From Deferribacterales bacterium (lineage in GTDB: Bacteria > Chrysiogenota > Deferribacteres > Deferribacterales > Geovibrionaceae): DNA of 64,000 nt. Shown here piece after piece: positions 29,390-39,317 of this stretch. The position numbers were made by a program, and so were the translations under genes. The notes beneath the pieces were generated by a model that was given only the letters and a program-made list of their open reading frames with translations, was not told the DNA's origin and made no database searches. How positions within the stretch are numbered: position 1 is the first letter of the stretch; every line of letters begins with the position of its first letter. Location of the stretch: NCBI GenBank assembly GCA_050253335.1, contig JBFWJG010000002.1, forward strand, positions 1-64,000, in the 5' to 3' direction.

Positions 29390-30349
29390 ATGTTCCCCTA
29401 TCTTTTCAAAATAAGCTTTTTCGAACTCAGAATATACAGCCTGATGTACATCATCGGCCTGCTTCTCACCATATACTTCTCACGCAGAAAGGCAGAGAAG
29501 CTGGGCATTAAGTCCGAAGAGACGGAAAACTTCATCCTGTTCACCTTCCTGTTCGCCCTCATCGGCGCAAGGGTATATTACGTTCTCTTCCGCTGGGACT
29601 ACTACGGCGGAAGCTTTTTCGAGATGATCGCAATCTGGCACGGCGGACTCGCCATACACGGCGGCCTGATAGCGGGCTTCATAGCCGCCATCGGCTTCTG
29701 CCTCTATAAAAAAATCAGCCCTTTCAAAATGGGCGACATCATCTTCCCCTGGCTTCTTCTCAGTCAGGGTCTGGGCAGGTTCGGAAACTTCGCAAACGGC
29801 GAGGCTCACGGCGTGCCCACACTTACCCCTCCGTCAATCATCTTCCGCGGGGAGAACGTCTTCCCTGAGTTCTGGGCGCAGGTGCTGAAAACGGCAGGGC
29901 TGAACAACAACCCCGAAAGCGTCTCCCGCCTGAAAGAGATCGCCGCGCAGTCGCCGGACGGGCTTGCGGTCAGCTTCATGGACAAGGTCTATTACATCAA
30001 AGAGTATTTTCCCTGGGGAATAAGCTTTACCAATAAATACGGCGCGGCGGCTTGGCGTGATTTCGGCACTCTGCCCGTTCACCCCACTTTCTTTTATGAA
30101 ATGTTCCTCAACTTCATCGGCTTTGCCGTTCTGTTCATTATGTGGAGAAAAGACTCCAACATCGGCACCGGCAGAATCGTGGGCGGTTATCTCATAGCAT
30201 ACGGAATAATACGCGCCGCAGTCACTTTCTTCCGTGCGGATGATCTGATGCTGGGGCTGCTCCGCGCTCCGCACCTTGTGAGCGTTCTCATGGTGCTTGC
30301 GGGAATCGGCTTCATAATCAACGGACACTACAGGGCGAAAAAGCTCTGA
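29390..30349 (+). CDS. lgt: Prolipoprotein diacylglyceryl transferase
   Basis: GARVYYV, GGLAIHGG, GRFGNFANGE and HPTFFYE. Confidence 0.95.
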   Translation: MFPYLFKISFFELRIYSLMYIIGLLLTIYFSRRKAEKLGIKSEETENFILFTFLFALIGARVYYVLFRWDYYGGSFFEMIAIWHGGLAIHGGLIAGFIAAIGFCLYKKISPFKMGDIIFPWLLLSQGLGRFGNFANGEAHGVPTLTPPSIIFRGENVFPEFWAQVLKTAGLNNNPESVSRLKEIAAQSPDGLAVSFMDKVYYIKEYFPWGISFTNKYGAAAWRDFGTLPVHPTFFYEMFLNFIGFAVLFIMWRKDSNIGTGRIVGGYLIAYGIIRAAVTFFRADDLMLGLLRAPHLVSVLMVLAGIGFIINGHYRAKKL

Positions 30350-30449
30350 TCGTCTTTACAAAAGGCGCGGACAGCTTTAAACTTAATAAGAACTTTTATA
30401 ATCCGGCCATAAAGCTATAAACAAATTTCACTCCCCCGGAGGAATATGC

Positions 30450-32048
30450 ATGAGGATTAAAACAACCGTTTTCGCGGCGGCAATGCTTTTCTGCGCGTCT
30501 GCCGTGTCCGCGTATGATTACCCGATGTCCGGAGGCAGTCCGGAGAACTATGCCCCTGTGTTTGAAAAAATAGCTCAGGGCAAATGCGACAGCATGTCCG
30601 CTGAGCTTGCCGCCTTGGCTGAGGCTGAAGGAGTGTCGCAGGATTTTTACCTCGGCCTCTGTTATTTTGAAAACGGCAAGCCCGCTGAAGGCTATGCCGC
30701 AGCAGGCAGACTTGTCGCGGCGGAAGATTTTGACGAGGCTCTCTATCTCATGAACAGGGAAGAGAAAAAAGATCTTCACCGGCCTGATGTCTACAGAAAC
30801 AAGGGGCTCTCCCACTACGGCATGGGCGAGCTTGAACCCGCGCTTAAATACTTCCTCAGATACAGAGCCGCCGCAGGCTCCGACCCTGAGGTGGACTACC
30901 GCATAGCCGATATATACATCAACACGGGCAATCTGGAAAAAGCCGAAGCGGAGCTTGAAGCTGTCCGTGTGAAAGACAGCCGCTATACATACCGCAAGGG
31001 CATTCTTGAAATGAAGAAAGGAAATGTCCAGAGCGCCTTCCGCAACTTCAGAAGCGTCAGCGAAACACCGAGCACCGAGGCATACTCCAACAGCAGATAC
31101 ATGATAGCCGAACTCTGCGCGGCTCAGAAACGCTTCGGATGCAGCGAAAAAAGCTATGACGCCATGGCAGCTTACTCCCCTGTGTTCGCGGGACAGAAAA
31201 AAGCCGAACTTGAAAATCAGAAACAGCTTTTCGGCGCTGTTATAGCAATCGGCGAGCAGTATGACACCAACGTAACATCCGTGGACGAGGACAAGGCAGA
31301 CAGCTTCACCGAAGAGGACAGCTTCAGAACCTATATATTCGCGGATCTCAAGCTGAACTTCTATAATGTGCTGTACGACAAAATAGAGACAGGGCTCCTT
31401 AACTACAAGTCATGGAACCACAGCGTATCCGAATACGACGCACAGTCACACAAGCTTTACGCGGGCTTTGTGAAAAAATACGATAACTTCGAGTTGACTC
31501 TTCCCTATCTCAGCTATGCCCTCACCTACATGGACGGGGAAAAATACTCCGATACATTCACGCTGGAGGCAAAGGGAGCCTACCTCATGGACAGCTGGCG
31601 TTTCTATGCGCCCGTCTCCGTAACCTTCAGAGACTACGACACCGACACCCCCGCTGACTACAACCGCGACGGCACGGAGTACAAGGGCGGTCTCGGCGTT
31701 TCCAAGATATTCCGCAAGGTGCACATGGCCAGTCTGGAAGGGCTCCTCAGCACTGAGGACACTGACGGCAGATTCAGGGAAGTAACCTCCGGCGAACTCA
31801 AACTTGCTTACGCCGGAAAGGTTATGGAGGACTTAACCCTCCAGCTTGACTACGGCACGATACTCTATGACTACAAAAACGGCGGACGCGAAGACAGATA
31901 CCACAGCGCATCAGCCGCTCTGCTTTACAAGTTCATGGAGAGGCACTATGTAAACCTCGGCTACAGGTTCAGCCTCAACGATTCAAACGATGACCTGAAC
32001 GATTATAAAAAGCACGTCTTTGACATAGGCGTGAGCTATTTCTATTAA
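30450..32048 (+). CDS. TPR-repeat outer-membrane beta-barrel protein (Slam/DUF560-like)
   Basis: Signal peptide, TPR helices, GEQYDTNV, amphipathic Tyr-rich strands and C-terminal DIGVSYFY. Confidence 0.72.
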   Translation: MRIKTTVFAAAMLFCASAVSAYDYPMSGGSPENYAPVFEKIAQGKCDSMSAELAALAEAEGVSQDFYLGLCYFENGKPAEGYAAAGRLVAAEDFDEALYLMNREEKKDLHRPDVYRNKGLSHYGMGELEPALKYFLRYRAAAGSDPEVDYRIADIYINTGNLEKAEAELEAVRVKDSRYTYRKGILEMKKGNVQSAFRNFRSVSETPSTEAYSNSRYMIAELCAAQKRFGCSEKSYDAMAAYSPVFAGQKKAELENQKQLFGAVIAIGEQYDTNVTSVDEDKADSFTEEDSFRTYIFADLKLNFYNVLYDKIETGLLNYKSWNHSVSEYDAQSHKLYAGFVKKYDNFELTLPYLSYALTYMDGEKYSDTFTLEAKGAYLMDSWRFYAPVSVTFRDYDTDTPADYNRDGTEYKGGLGVSKIFRKVHMASLEGLLSTEDTDGRFREVTSGELKLAYAGKVMEDLTLQLDYGTILYDYKNGGREDRYHSASAALLYKFMERHYVNLGYRFSLNDSNDDLNDYKKHVFDIGVSYFY

Positions 32049-32058
32049 GGAGCACAGG

Positions 32059-32847
32059 ATGAAATCAACAGTTATACTACTCACGGCCTTCCTCCTTGCG
32101 CTGCCTGTTTTTGCCGCGGAAAAAGCGGGAGAGATAAAACTTGTGAACGGCAAAGTGGAAATCCTGAAGGAACAGCAGGTTGTGGGCAAATCTGCGAAAG
32201 CCGGATCGGAGTTTCTCACCGATGACCTCATACGCACCAAAAGAAAAAGCTTCGCCGAAGTCTCCTTCATAGACGGTTCAAGCGTGAAGATATACGAAAG
32301 AAGCAGGCTGAAAATAAACGGCATCGAAAGGGGAAAAGACTACAACGCGGATATCCAGAAAGGGCGTGTTCTTTTTGACATAGCCAAATCGGAAGATGTC
32401 AGCGGGGATTTCAAAGTTAAGACCACTACATCAATCATCGGCGTTAAGGGAACCTCCTTCCGCATCGATGTTCTTCCCGAATTCACCAGAGTCACGGTGA
32501 ACGAGGGCGTGGTTGAGGTGAGCAGGCTTGACCTTCCCGAAAGAAGCGTTGTGCTGAACCCCGGGCAGTCGGTGCTCATCAGGCAGGACAGCGAAGAGAT
32601 GAACGTAACCCGCAGCCAGCCTGAAACAGACATAGACTACGAAGAGGAAAGCGACAGCCCCGCATCGGACAGAAATACGCTCGCGGCAAACATAACTCCG
32701 CCTGTTCAGCAGCCTGACCTTATTATCAGCAATCTTCAGGAAAGCACAAAAGACATAGACCAGATCTACGAAAAGCCGCAGGACAGGGAAAACCTTGTGG
32801 AAGTGCTGACCGGAAGGGCGAGAATCAACATAGACTTTGAGCATTAA
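32059..32847 (+). CDS. Exported FecR-domain protein
   Basis: Signal peptide, DLIRT...FIDGSSVKI, IGVKGTSF, VNEGVVEV and LNPGQ, with an acidic tail. Confidence 0.85.
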   Translation: MKSTVILLTAFLLALPVFAAEKAGEIKLVNGKVEILKEQQVVGKSAKAGSEFLTDDLIRTKRKSFAEVSFIDGSSVKIYERSRLKINGIERGKDYNADIQKGRVLFDIAKSEDVSGDFKVKTTTSIIGVKGTSFRIDVLPEFTRVTVNEGVVEVSRLDLPERSVVLNPGQSVLIRQDSEEMNVTRSQPETDIDYEEESDSPASDRNTLAANITPPVQQPDLIISNLQESTKDIDQIYEKPQDRENLVEVLTGRARINIDFEH

Positions 32848-32891
32848 AACCCGGTTCAGACAAAATAAATTCCCGCAATTCAAATGCGTTA

Positions 32892-32919
32892 AAAAGGGGA
32901 GTCCTGCTCCCCTTTTTTT
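32892..32919. terminator. Intrinsic terminator
   Basis: AAAAGGGGAG-TCCTG-CTCCCCTTTTTTT. Confidence 0.8.
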
Positions 32920-33011
32920 ATTCAGGGTAAAATTCACTGGAAATTTCACGAATCAGATCTAAGATTAGTTATATTAATACCGATATAGGCATTATTATCG
33001 ATACCGAAGGA

Positions 33012-33605
33012 ATGCTTATGTTTTATGATTACAGCGGCACGCTGGCTCTGATAGCGTTGAGGACTTTGTTTCTGATCGCGGCACTTTACGGAACATTCGC
33101 CATGTTTTCCGAGATAATATCCCGCAGAGTGATCCGGATTAAAGAATCTTCCTATGTTTTAGGCGGCTTTTCCGGCTTTGTGCTGATAAGCGGTCTCATG
33201 CCGTTTGAAACTGATTTCGATTCTCTGGCTTTCATCCTTTCAGTGAGCCTCGGCTGTTTTGCCTATACACATTATTTCGGCGTGCGCGTTCCCGGGCTGA
33301 TAGACGCAGCGGCGGAAAAAGAAAAAAACCTGATAGAAAGCTATATAAACGATTTTGCCTCCCCCTTTATTCCCAGGGAAAAATATCTGGATCTGAATGT
33401 TCCCTACTGCCGTATTGAGTATGACCGCACGGAAAGGGTTATAGCCGTGGAAAGCAGCAGCAGATATGACGCCAGAGAGCTTTACCGTCTGGTTGAGGAC
33501 GCTGTCAGGAGCGAATACCGCATAATCAGCCGCAGGCCGCCAATGGGGCACGCCAACAGGTTCAGCCTCATCCTTGAACCGAAATCAGAATTACTCAGGA
33601 AATAA
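33012..33605 (+). CDS. Hypothetical membrane protein
   Basis: 197 aa with three N-terminal TM segments and no recognised motif. Confidence 0.6.
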   Translation: MLMFYDYSGTLALIALRTLFLIAALYGTFAMFSEIISRRVIRIKESSYVLGGFSGFVLISGLMPFETDFDSLAFILSVSLGCFAYTHYFGVRVPGLIDAAAEKEKNLIESYINDFASPFIPREKYLDLNVPYCRIEYDRTERVIAVESSSRYDARELYRLVEDAVRSEYRIISRRPPMGHANRFSLILEPKSELLRK

Positions 33606-33651
33606 AGAAGCCCTCCCGATTTGATTTCAGGAGGGCTCGATGCTTTGTTCC

Positions 33652-34626
33652 TTACGCTTTGCCGGCTGAGCCGAGAACGTTCAGGTTTTTATGCTTGTAA
33701 AGCTCTATGAGCTCTGTTCTTGCGGGTTTAAGGTATTTTCTGGGGTCAAACTCCGTGGGGTGTTTCGCCAGAGTTTCCCTTATCATGGCTGTGAACGCCA
33801 GTCTTCCGTCACTGTCTATGTTGATTTTGCATACTGCGCTTTCCGCCGCTTTTCTGAGCTGTTCCTCGGGGATTCCCACCGCGCCGTCCAGCTTGCCGCC
33901 GTAGTTGTTTATTATCTCCACATATTTAGGCACAACGGAAGAAGCGCCGTGAAGAACTATGGGGAATCCGGGAAGGCGTTTTTCGCACTCCTCAAGTATG
34001 TCAAAACGGAGAGGGGGCACGGATTCACCGGGCTTGACCTTGAACTTGTAGGCTCCGTGTGAGGTTCCTATGGATATGGCGAGGGAGTCAACGCCTGTTC
34101 TCTTGACAAACTCCTCCACCTCGTCAGGGTTTGTGTAGTGCGATTTTTCAGAGGAGACATCGTCCTCGATGCCTGCCAGAACGCCGAGTTCGCCTTCAAC
34201 GGTTACATCAAACTGGTGCGCATATTCCACAACCTTTTTTGTAACGGCTATGTTCTCCTCAAAGGAGTGGTGGCTGCCGTCTATCATTACTGATGAAAAG
34301 CCGAAGTCCACGCAGTCCTTGCATGTTTCAAACGTGTCGCCGTGGTCAAGGTGAAGGGCGATGGGGATTTCGCAGCCCATCTCCTTCGCGAGGGCGGTTG
34401 CGCCCATTGCCATATAGCGGAGCATGGTGGCGTTCGCGTATTCCCTTGCTCCTTTGGAAACCTGAAGTATCAGGGGTGATTTGGTCTGCACACAGGCGGT
34501 GACAATCGCCTGAAGCTGCTCAAGGTTGTTGAAGTTGTAGGCGGGCACGGCGTATTTGCCGTCCATAGCTTTTCTGAACATTTCCCTTGTGTTCACAAGG
34601 CCTAATTCTCTGTAGGAAACAGCCAT
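33652..34626 (-). CDS. fba: Class II fructose-bisphosphate aldolase
   Basis: ALHLDHG, SVMIDGS, VEGELG, GTSHGAYK and DPRKYL. Confidence 0.97.
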   Translation of the reverse strand: MAVSYRELGLVNTREMFRKAMDGKYAVPAYNFNNLEQLQAIVTACVQTKSPLILQVSKGAREYANATMLRYMAMGATALAKEMGCEIPIALHLDHGDTFETCKDCVDFGFSSVMIDGSHHSFEENIAVTKKVVEYAHQFDVTVEGELGVLAGIEDDVSSEKSHYTNPDEVEEFVKRTGVDSLAISIGTSHGAYKFKVKPGESVPPLRFDILEECEKRLPGFPIVLHGASSVVPKYVEIINNYGGKLDGAVGIPEEQLRKAAESAVCKINIDSDGRLAFTAMIRETLAKHPTEFDPRKYLKPARTELIELYKHKNLNVLGSAGKA

Positions 34627-34711
34627 TTATAAAACCTCCGTTACATTATATCTGTTAAGAAAACCGCCAATCAACTTTCCCCTTCAGGCGGACTTCCCCG
34701 TGACCGGTGTG

Positions 34712-35254
34712 TTAAAGAAACATGCTGAGGCTCATGCGGATTTCGTCCATTTTGAGCCTTATGCCGTCCCTTGAGTCTGCGGCGCAGTTCGGTATTACCA
34801 TGCCGTAAAATTTGAGCCCGTAGTGAGTGAACACTCTTTTCGCCCATTCCACGGCGGGCTCGCCGTGACCGCGGTTCCCCGCGCCCTGAACGAATATGAA
34901 GAACAGCTTCTGCTCCGGACGGAACTGCGGAATTCCAGCCCTCTTCTTGAGGCAGACCCATCTGTCTATGAAGGTTTTGCAGATGCCCGTGACAGCCGCG
35001 TAATAATTAGGGGAGGAGAGAATGATAAGATCAGCCTCAAGGAGCTTGGGCAGAACGGCTCTGAGGTCATCATCCGTTTCGCAGATCCCTTCACCCGTCC
35101 GGCAGTTTTTACATCCGCCGCAGTTGGAAAACTTCAGTTCCCTCAGGGCTATTACTTCGCAGTCCTCACCGCTGAATTTTTCAGCAAGCTGTTCTGAAAG
35201 CCAAGCACAGTTCCCACCGGAACGGGGGCTTCCGTCAATTATCAAAACCTTCAT
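34712..35254 (-). CDS. Iron-sulfur flavoprotein / flavodoxin-like (NADPH-dependent FMN reductase family)
   Basis: DGSPRSGGN, CGGCKNC...C and KTFIDR. Start moved to ATG 35254 (SD GGAG). Confidence 0.88.
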   Translation of the reverse strand: MKVLIIDGSPRSGGNCAWLSEQLAEKFSGEDCEVIALRELKFSNCGGCKNCRTGEGICETDDDLRAVLPKLLEADLIILSSPNYYAAVTGICKTFIDRWVCLKKRAGIPQFRPEQKLFFIFVQGAGNRGHGEPAVEWAKRVFTHYGLKFYGMVIPNCAADSRDGIRLKMDEIRMSLSMFL

Positions 35255-35360
35255 AATGTTCTCCAAGTTCATATTATCCGTATTAGGCTGAACTCTGCAA
35301 CATCTTTTAACAGCAAATAATCACCTTGACGAAGAGGCGCTGTAAAAGGATAATTCGTTT

Positions 35361-37160
35361 ATGGAAGATATGCTTAAAAAAATAGAAGAACTCGGCATAA
35401 AAGTGATAAATCCTTCGGAAAAAGGCCTTCTCGCCTTCGAAGGGAAAAAATACGATCTGCCCGCGGAAACCGTCACCGTCTGGCTTGAAACAGTGTTTGC
35501 GGATAACGCAGGGCTCATAGGTCTCACATGCGGCGATTTCAAAGCCGTGCTCCTCAAGGGAGTTTACAAGGACTTTGTAAGGCTCATTGAAGGCGAGCCG
35601 AACATTGAGCCTGCCCGCATGGTGAAACTGGCGGAAATTGCAGTCAGTGCGGAAAAAGGGCTTGAGACTCCGGTGCGCCTCGGCGTTTTTTACGCAGGGG
35701 AGGAGGAGCGCTTTGTCTTCAGCGCGGAAGAGATTAAGCCGGCGGATAAATACCTGTACGACAGGCGTGTTCCGCAGGTGCCGGCGGCATTGTCGTCTGT
35801 GGAGTACACCCTTTCCCAGCATGAGGGCGTATCAGAAAAAACTCTCTACGGAAGGGGCATGACGGGAGGATACTTTCCCGAAACCCTTTCCCCTTTTGCC
35901 CTTTCGCTTGCCAAATCTGTTCCCGATCTCTTTAACCCGCTGATGATAAGTGTTAATGTCAAGACCGCGAGCCCGTCCCTCGCCTGCATATGCGGCAAGC
36001 CGTTCATAAATACCGGAAGCATTGACCACATATGCACCACGGCAGGAACAACGCAGGACTACTATCTGCTGAACTATGCTCCGTGGATATACGTTAAAAA
36101 CAGGAAGTCTTCCTTCAGTCATCCTAATCTGAAAATTTTCGCTATCAATGATGAAGAGATAAAAGAGGGCATAGAGGACATAAAATCAAAAGAGATGAGC
36201 AAAGAGCTTCTTTTCTCGGATGATTTCACTGAATTTTTGGCCCTCTCTGCCATGACCATGCAGCTTATCCAGCTAAAGGCATGGGAAAGCTTTACGGAAG
36301 GCTTCTCCCTGCTGAAGGACTTCGGAACACTGCTGAGGTTTGTTTATCTCACAAGAGAGAATCCGCTAATCAGCAGCCCCCTTGAGATGCCCCCGTTTCT
36401 TGATCCGTTCTATCCGCCCATGAAAGGGGAGGTGCACCGGAGCTTCAAATCAGCGGACTTTGACTCTCTGTTTGCCGCTCTGCCCGCGTCAAAGCGTTTT
36501 CTACTGAAAAAGGACAGGCTCCGCAAAACCGTCCGCTCGCTCCATACATGCCTTGATCTCAGGGACAGTCTGACCGAGGCGCTTTTCAGTGTTTCGGCAA
36601 GCCTGCACGGCCTTGTTCTCTCCTTCGGGCGGGAAATGGTTGAGGGAAGACTGATCAAAAACCCCATGGACGCGTTCGCTTTTGATCTCACTGATCTGAA
36701 AAACTTCTACAACGATGAATATTACGGAAACATACCCGTCACCCTCTGGTTCAAGAAATGGCAGGGGGAACGCAATGCGGCTCAGTTTGCGCCTTACGAT
36801 ATTTACGAGAAAGACATAGCGGACACAGCCTCAATAGCGAGGAAGATGCTTGCGAAAAAGCAGACGGAAATCCCGTGCGTTTCCTTCGGCCACACGGAGT
36901 ACGAAGGGCTGGGCTGTGCTCCTGTGCGCCTTGATGACAGGCTGACGGATATCGCCCTCGTACGGAATCTTTCTCCTGTTCTGCTCCCGATGCTGGACGG
37001 CTGTCACGCTGTTGTCACGGACACGGCGCCCCTTTTCTCATACCTCACAGAATACTGCATACGCACGGAAACACCGCTTTACACAGGAGTGCGCTTTGCG
37101 GGACTTTACAGCGGCAGAAGGATAAAACTGCACGGAGATAAAATAGAAATAAAGGATTAG
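35361..37160 (+). CDS. Degenerate PEP-utilising-enzyme-like (PPDK/rifampicin phosphotransferase-like) protein
   Basis: GYFPETLSPFALS and C-terminal AVVTDTAPLFSYLTEYCIRTETPLYTG resemble the swivel domain. Confidence 0.55.
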   Translation: MEDMLKKIEELGIKVINPSEKGLLAFEGKKYDLPAETVTVWLETVFADNAGLIGLTCGDFKAVLLKGVYKDFVRLIEGEPNIEPARMVKLAEIAVSAEKGLETPVRLGVFYAGEEERFVFSAEEIKPADKYLYDRRVPQVPAALSSVEYTLSQHEGVSEKTLYGRGMTGGYFPETLSPFALSLAKSVPDLFNPLMISVNVKTASPSLACICGKPFINTGSIDHICTTAGTTQDYYLLNYAPWIYVKNRKSSFSHPNLKIFAINDEEIKEGIEDIKSKEMSKELLFSDDFTEFLALSAMTMQLIQLKAWESFTEGFSLLKDFGTLLRFVYLTRENPLISSPLEMPPFLDPFYPPMKGEVHRSFKSADFDSLFAALPASKRFLLKKDRLRKTVRSLHTCLDLRDSLTEALFSVSASLHGLVLSFGREMVEGRLIKNPMDAFAFDLTDLKNFYNDEYYGNIPVTLWFKKWQGERNAAQFAPYDIYEKDIADTASIARKMLAKKQTEIPCVSFGHTEYEGLGCAPVRLDDRLTDIALVRNLSPVLLPMLDGCHAVVTDTAPLFSYLTEYCIRTETPLYTGVRFAGLYSGRRIKLHGDKIEIKD

Positions 37161-37168
37161 GCCTGCCT

Positions 37169-38128
37169 ATGGAAGAAAACTTTGAAAACGTTTCGGACTG
37201 CCTGCATTCGCCTGAGACTCTGAACGCGCTGAGGGAAACCGAAGATGACTTCAAAGACCGCATCAAAGGAATGATAGCGGGCAATATCATAGGCGACATG
37301 CTCGGACTTACCCAGATGTCGGGCGTCGGAACGCTCCTTCCTGTGCGCCCTGTTCAGCTTAAAGGAAAATATCAGAAGGATATAACTGGCGGCGGAATAT
37401 ACGGACTGCCCGCCGGAAGCTGGACGGATGACACCTCCATGCTGACTGCCCTCGCCGAAAGCCTCCTTGAGAAAGGGTGCGTAAACCCTGAAAACGAACG
37501 CAGACACTATATGAAATGGTTCATCGAAGGCGCCTACACTCCGTCCGGAGAAGCGTTCGACATAGGGCGCACCACCCGTGAGGCGCTCACAACAGGCATT
37601 GCCCCCTCAGACAGGGAGTCAAACGGAAACGGCGCGCTGATGCGCTCCTCCGTCATCACCGCATGGTACATCAGCTCCACGGACAAAAACCTCATAGACG
37701 CTTCAGGTCTCTCCTGCTCTGTCACGCACGCCCACCCCGTGGCAAAGTTCACAAACGTTATCTATAACCTGCTTCTCAAAAAACTTATTACCGGCTTCGA
37801 GCCTGAACAGGCGGTTATGATGCTGAGGGATGAGTATGAAGGCCTCATGGACGATCTGAAGGATATTTTTCTTGAGCCGGAGGTTTACCAGACCACGCCC
37901 TACTGCGTTACCACACTTGAAACTGCCGTCTGGCTTAACATGGAATCGGCGTCATTTGAAGAGGCGCTTCTCAAGGCTGTTAACATAGGCGGCGATGCGG
38001 ACACAATCGGCGCCGTCACAGGCGCTTTGGCAGGCGCATTCTACGGAAGCGGCGCCATACCCGCGAGATGGCTGGCACACGCCGAGAATATTATGAAAAA
38101 ATATGAAGGGCTGAAGATTTTTTTATAA
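37169..38128 (+). CDS. ADP-ribosylglycohydrolase (DraG/ARH family)
   Basis: GDMLG, WTDDT, FDIG, GNGALMR, TH and GGDADT. Confidence 0.93.
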   Translation: MEENFENVSDCLHSPETLNALRETEDDFKDRIKGMIAGNIIGDMLGLTQMSGVGTLLPVRPVQLKGKYQKDITGGGIYGLPAGSWTDDTSMLTALAESLLEKGCVNPENERRHYMKWFIEGAYTPSGEAFDIGRTTREALTTGIAPSDRESNGNGALMRSSVITAWYISSTDKNLIDASGLSCSVTHAHPVAKFTNVIYNLLLKKLITGFEPEQAVMMLRDEYEGLMDDLKDIFLEPEVYQTTPYCVTTLETAVWLNMESASFEEALLKAVNIGGDADTIGAVTGALAGAFYGSGAIPARWLAHAENIMKKYEGLKIFL

Positions 38129-38138
38129 AAAAAGCGCC

Positions 38139-38621
38139 TTAGTCTGCGTTGCTTTTACCGCTGAGGGAAACTATATTCAGCTTCACGGTCAGGACGCTCT
38201 TTGTCATGTTTTCGGTAAACTCGGTATCCGGCATACCGCAGTGGTTCATGATTATCTGAAGGGCTCTGCGCTTTTCCCCGTGGCTTTCCTGAATAACAGC
38301 CTCAGCCTCGCCGCTCACGGAAGTGAACTTCGTTGTCCATCTGCACGCGCTCTCAGCCTTTATAAGCTCGTTTTTCAGAATTATCTGGAAATATATTTTG
38401 GGGTCTTTCCTCAGGAGGTCTATTTTGCGCCCCTGAGGTGCGCAGTGGAAATAAAAAGCATCGTCCTCATAGCCGTAGTTCACGGTCACAAGGTAAGGAT
38501 AGGGGGCATCCGCCAAGGCAAGGTGAATCACTTCACCCTGCTTCAGCAGATTTTCCAATAATTTATAATCTTTTATCTCTCTTTCAGACCTGCGCATCCG
38601 TAAGCTCAGCTTCTTCGTCAA
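38139..38621 (-). CDS. Pyridoxamine 5'-phosphate oxidase-like (NimA-like) flavin-binding protein
   Basis: MRRSEREI, PYLVTVNYG, YFHCAPQGRK and SGK. The start may be ATG 38597. Confidence 0.85.
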   Translation of the reverse strand: MTKKLSLRMRRSEREIKDYKLLENLLKQGEVIHLALADAPYPYLVTVNYGYEDDAFYFHCAPQGRKIDLLRKDPKIYFQIILKNELIKAESACRWTTKFTSVSGEAEAVIQESHGEKRRALQIIMNHCGMPDTEFTENMTKSVLTVKLNIVSLSGKSNAD

Positions 38622-39003
38622 CGCACCCTGTGATCATGCTGCACGCCTGCTTTCTGCGCTCCATGCGCTTTTCGGGCATGTTTTCCTTGCATTTCACGCA
38701 TGCTCTGTCAGGGTCGAATTCAATGTTTCCGCCGTCAATAACAAGCTGGTTTCCGTTCACAAGAAATCCCGCCACCTTCACTCTGGCTTTTTCAACAAGC
38801 CTGCTGAAAGTGGGGCGTGAAACGTTCATAAGCACGGCGGCTTCCTCGTGGGAGAGTCCTTCATAATCAGCGAGCCTGATTGCTTCAAACTCGTCGAGTG
38901 TTATTCCGACAGTTTTCAGTTTCTTGGCCGGAACCCCCCGGGGTTTGAAATGACAAATTTCCGGCACAACACCTATGGTGCGGGGTTTTAATGGTCTGGG
39001 CAT
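38584..39003 (-). CDS. DUF134 HTH protein
   Basis: MPRP.K.R, DEFEAIRLADYEGLSHEEAA and VSRPTFSR. Confidence 0.9.
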   Translation of the reverse strand: MPRPLKPRTIGVVPEICHFKPRGVPAKKLKTVGITLDEFEAIRLADYEGLSHEEAAVLMNVSRPTFSRLVEKARVKVAGFLVNGNQLVIDGGNIEFDPDRACVKCKENMPEKRMERRKQACSMITGCVDEEAELTDAQV

Positions 39004-39317
39004 AGTACACGTCCTCCAATGAAAAAACTAACGATGGTTGCACAAATTAAAAAACCTAATAACAGTTATTACTACCGTTTCGGTATGTAAAATCATCATT
39101 TAGCGCATTTGTCAACAATTAAATTGTTAGCTCCTTAACAAGAGCACTATTTTAAGCTTATTCACAAGCATGTTACCCTCGAAAATAATTTTGTAAATTG
39201 TTCAGAGGTCTGACCACTTACATTTACTTATGCTTTACACTGGTGCAATTCAGAGCACGATTGCTCTTTAGGCAGACCGGTGTTCTTTTCATGCGGATAT
39301 CAGTCAGCAGGTATGCG

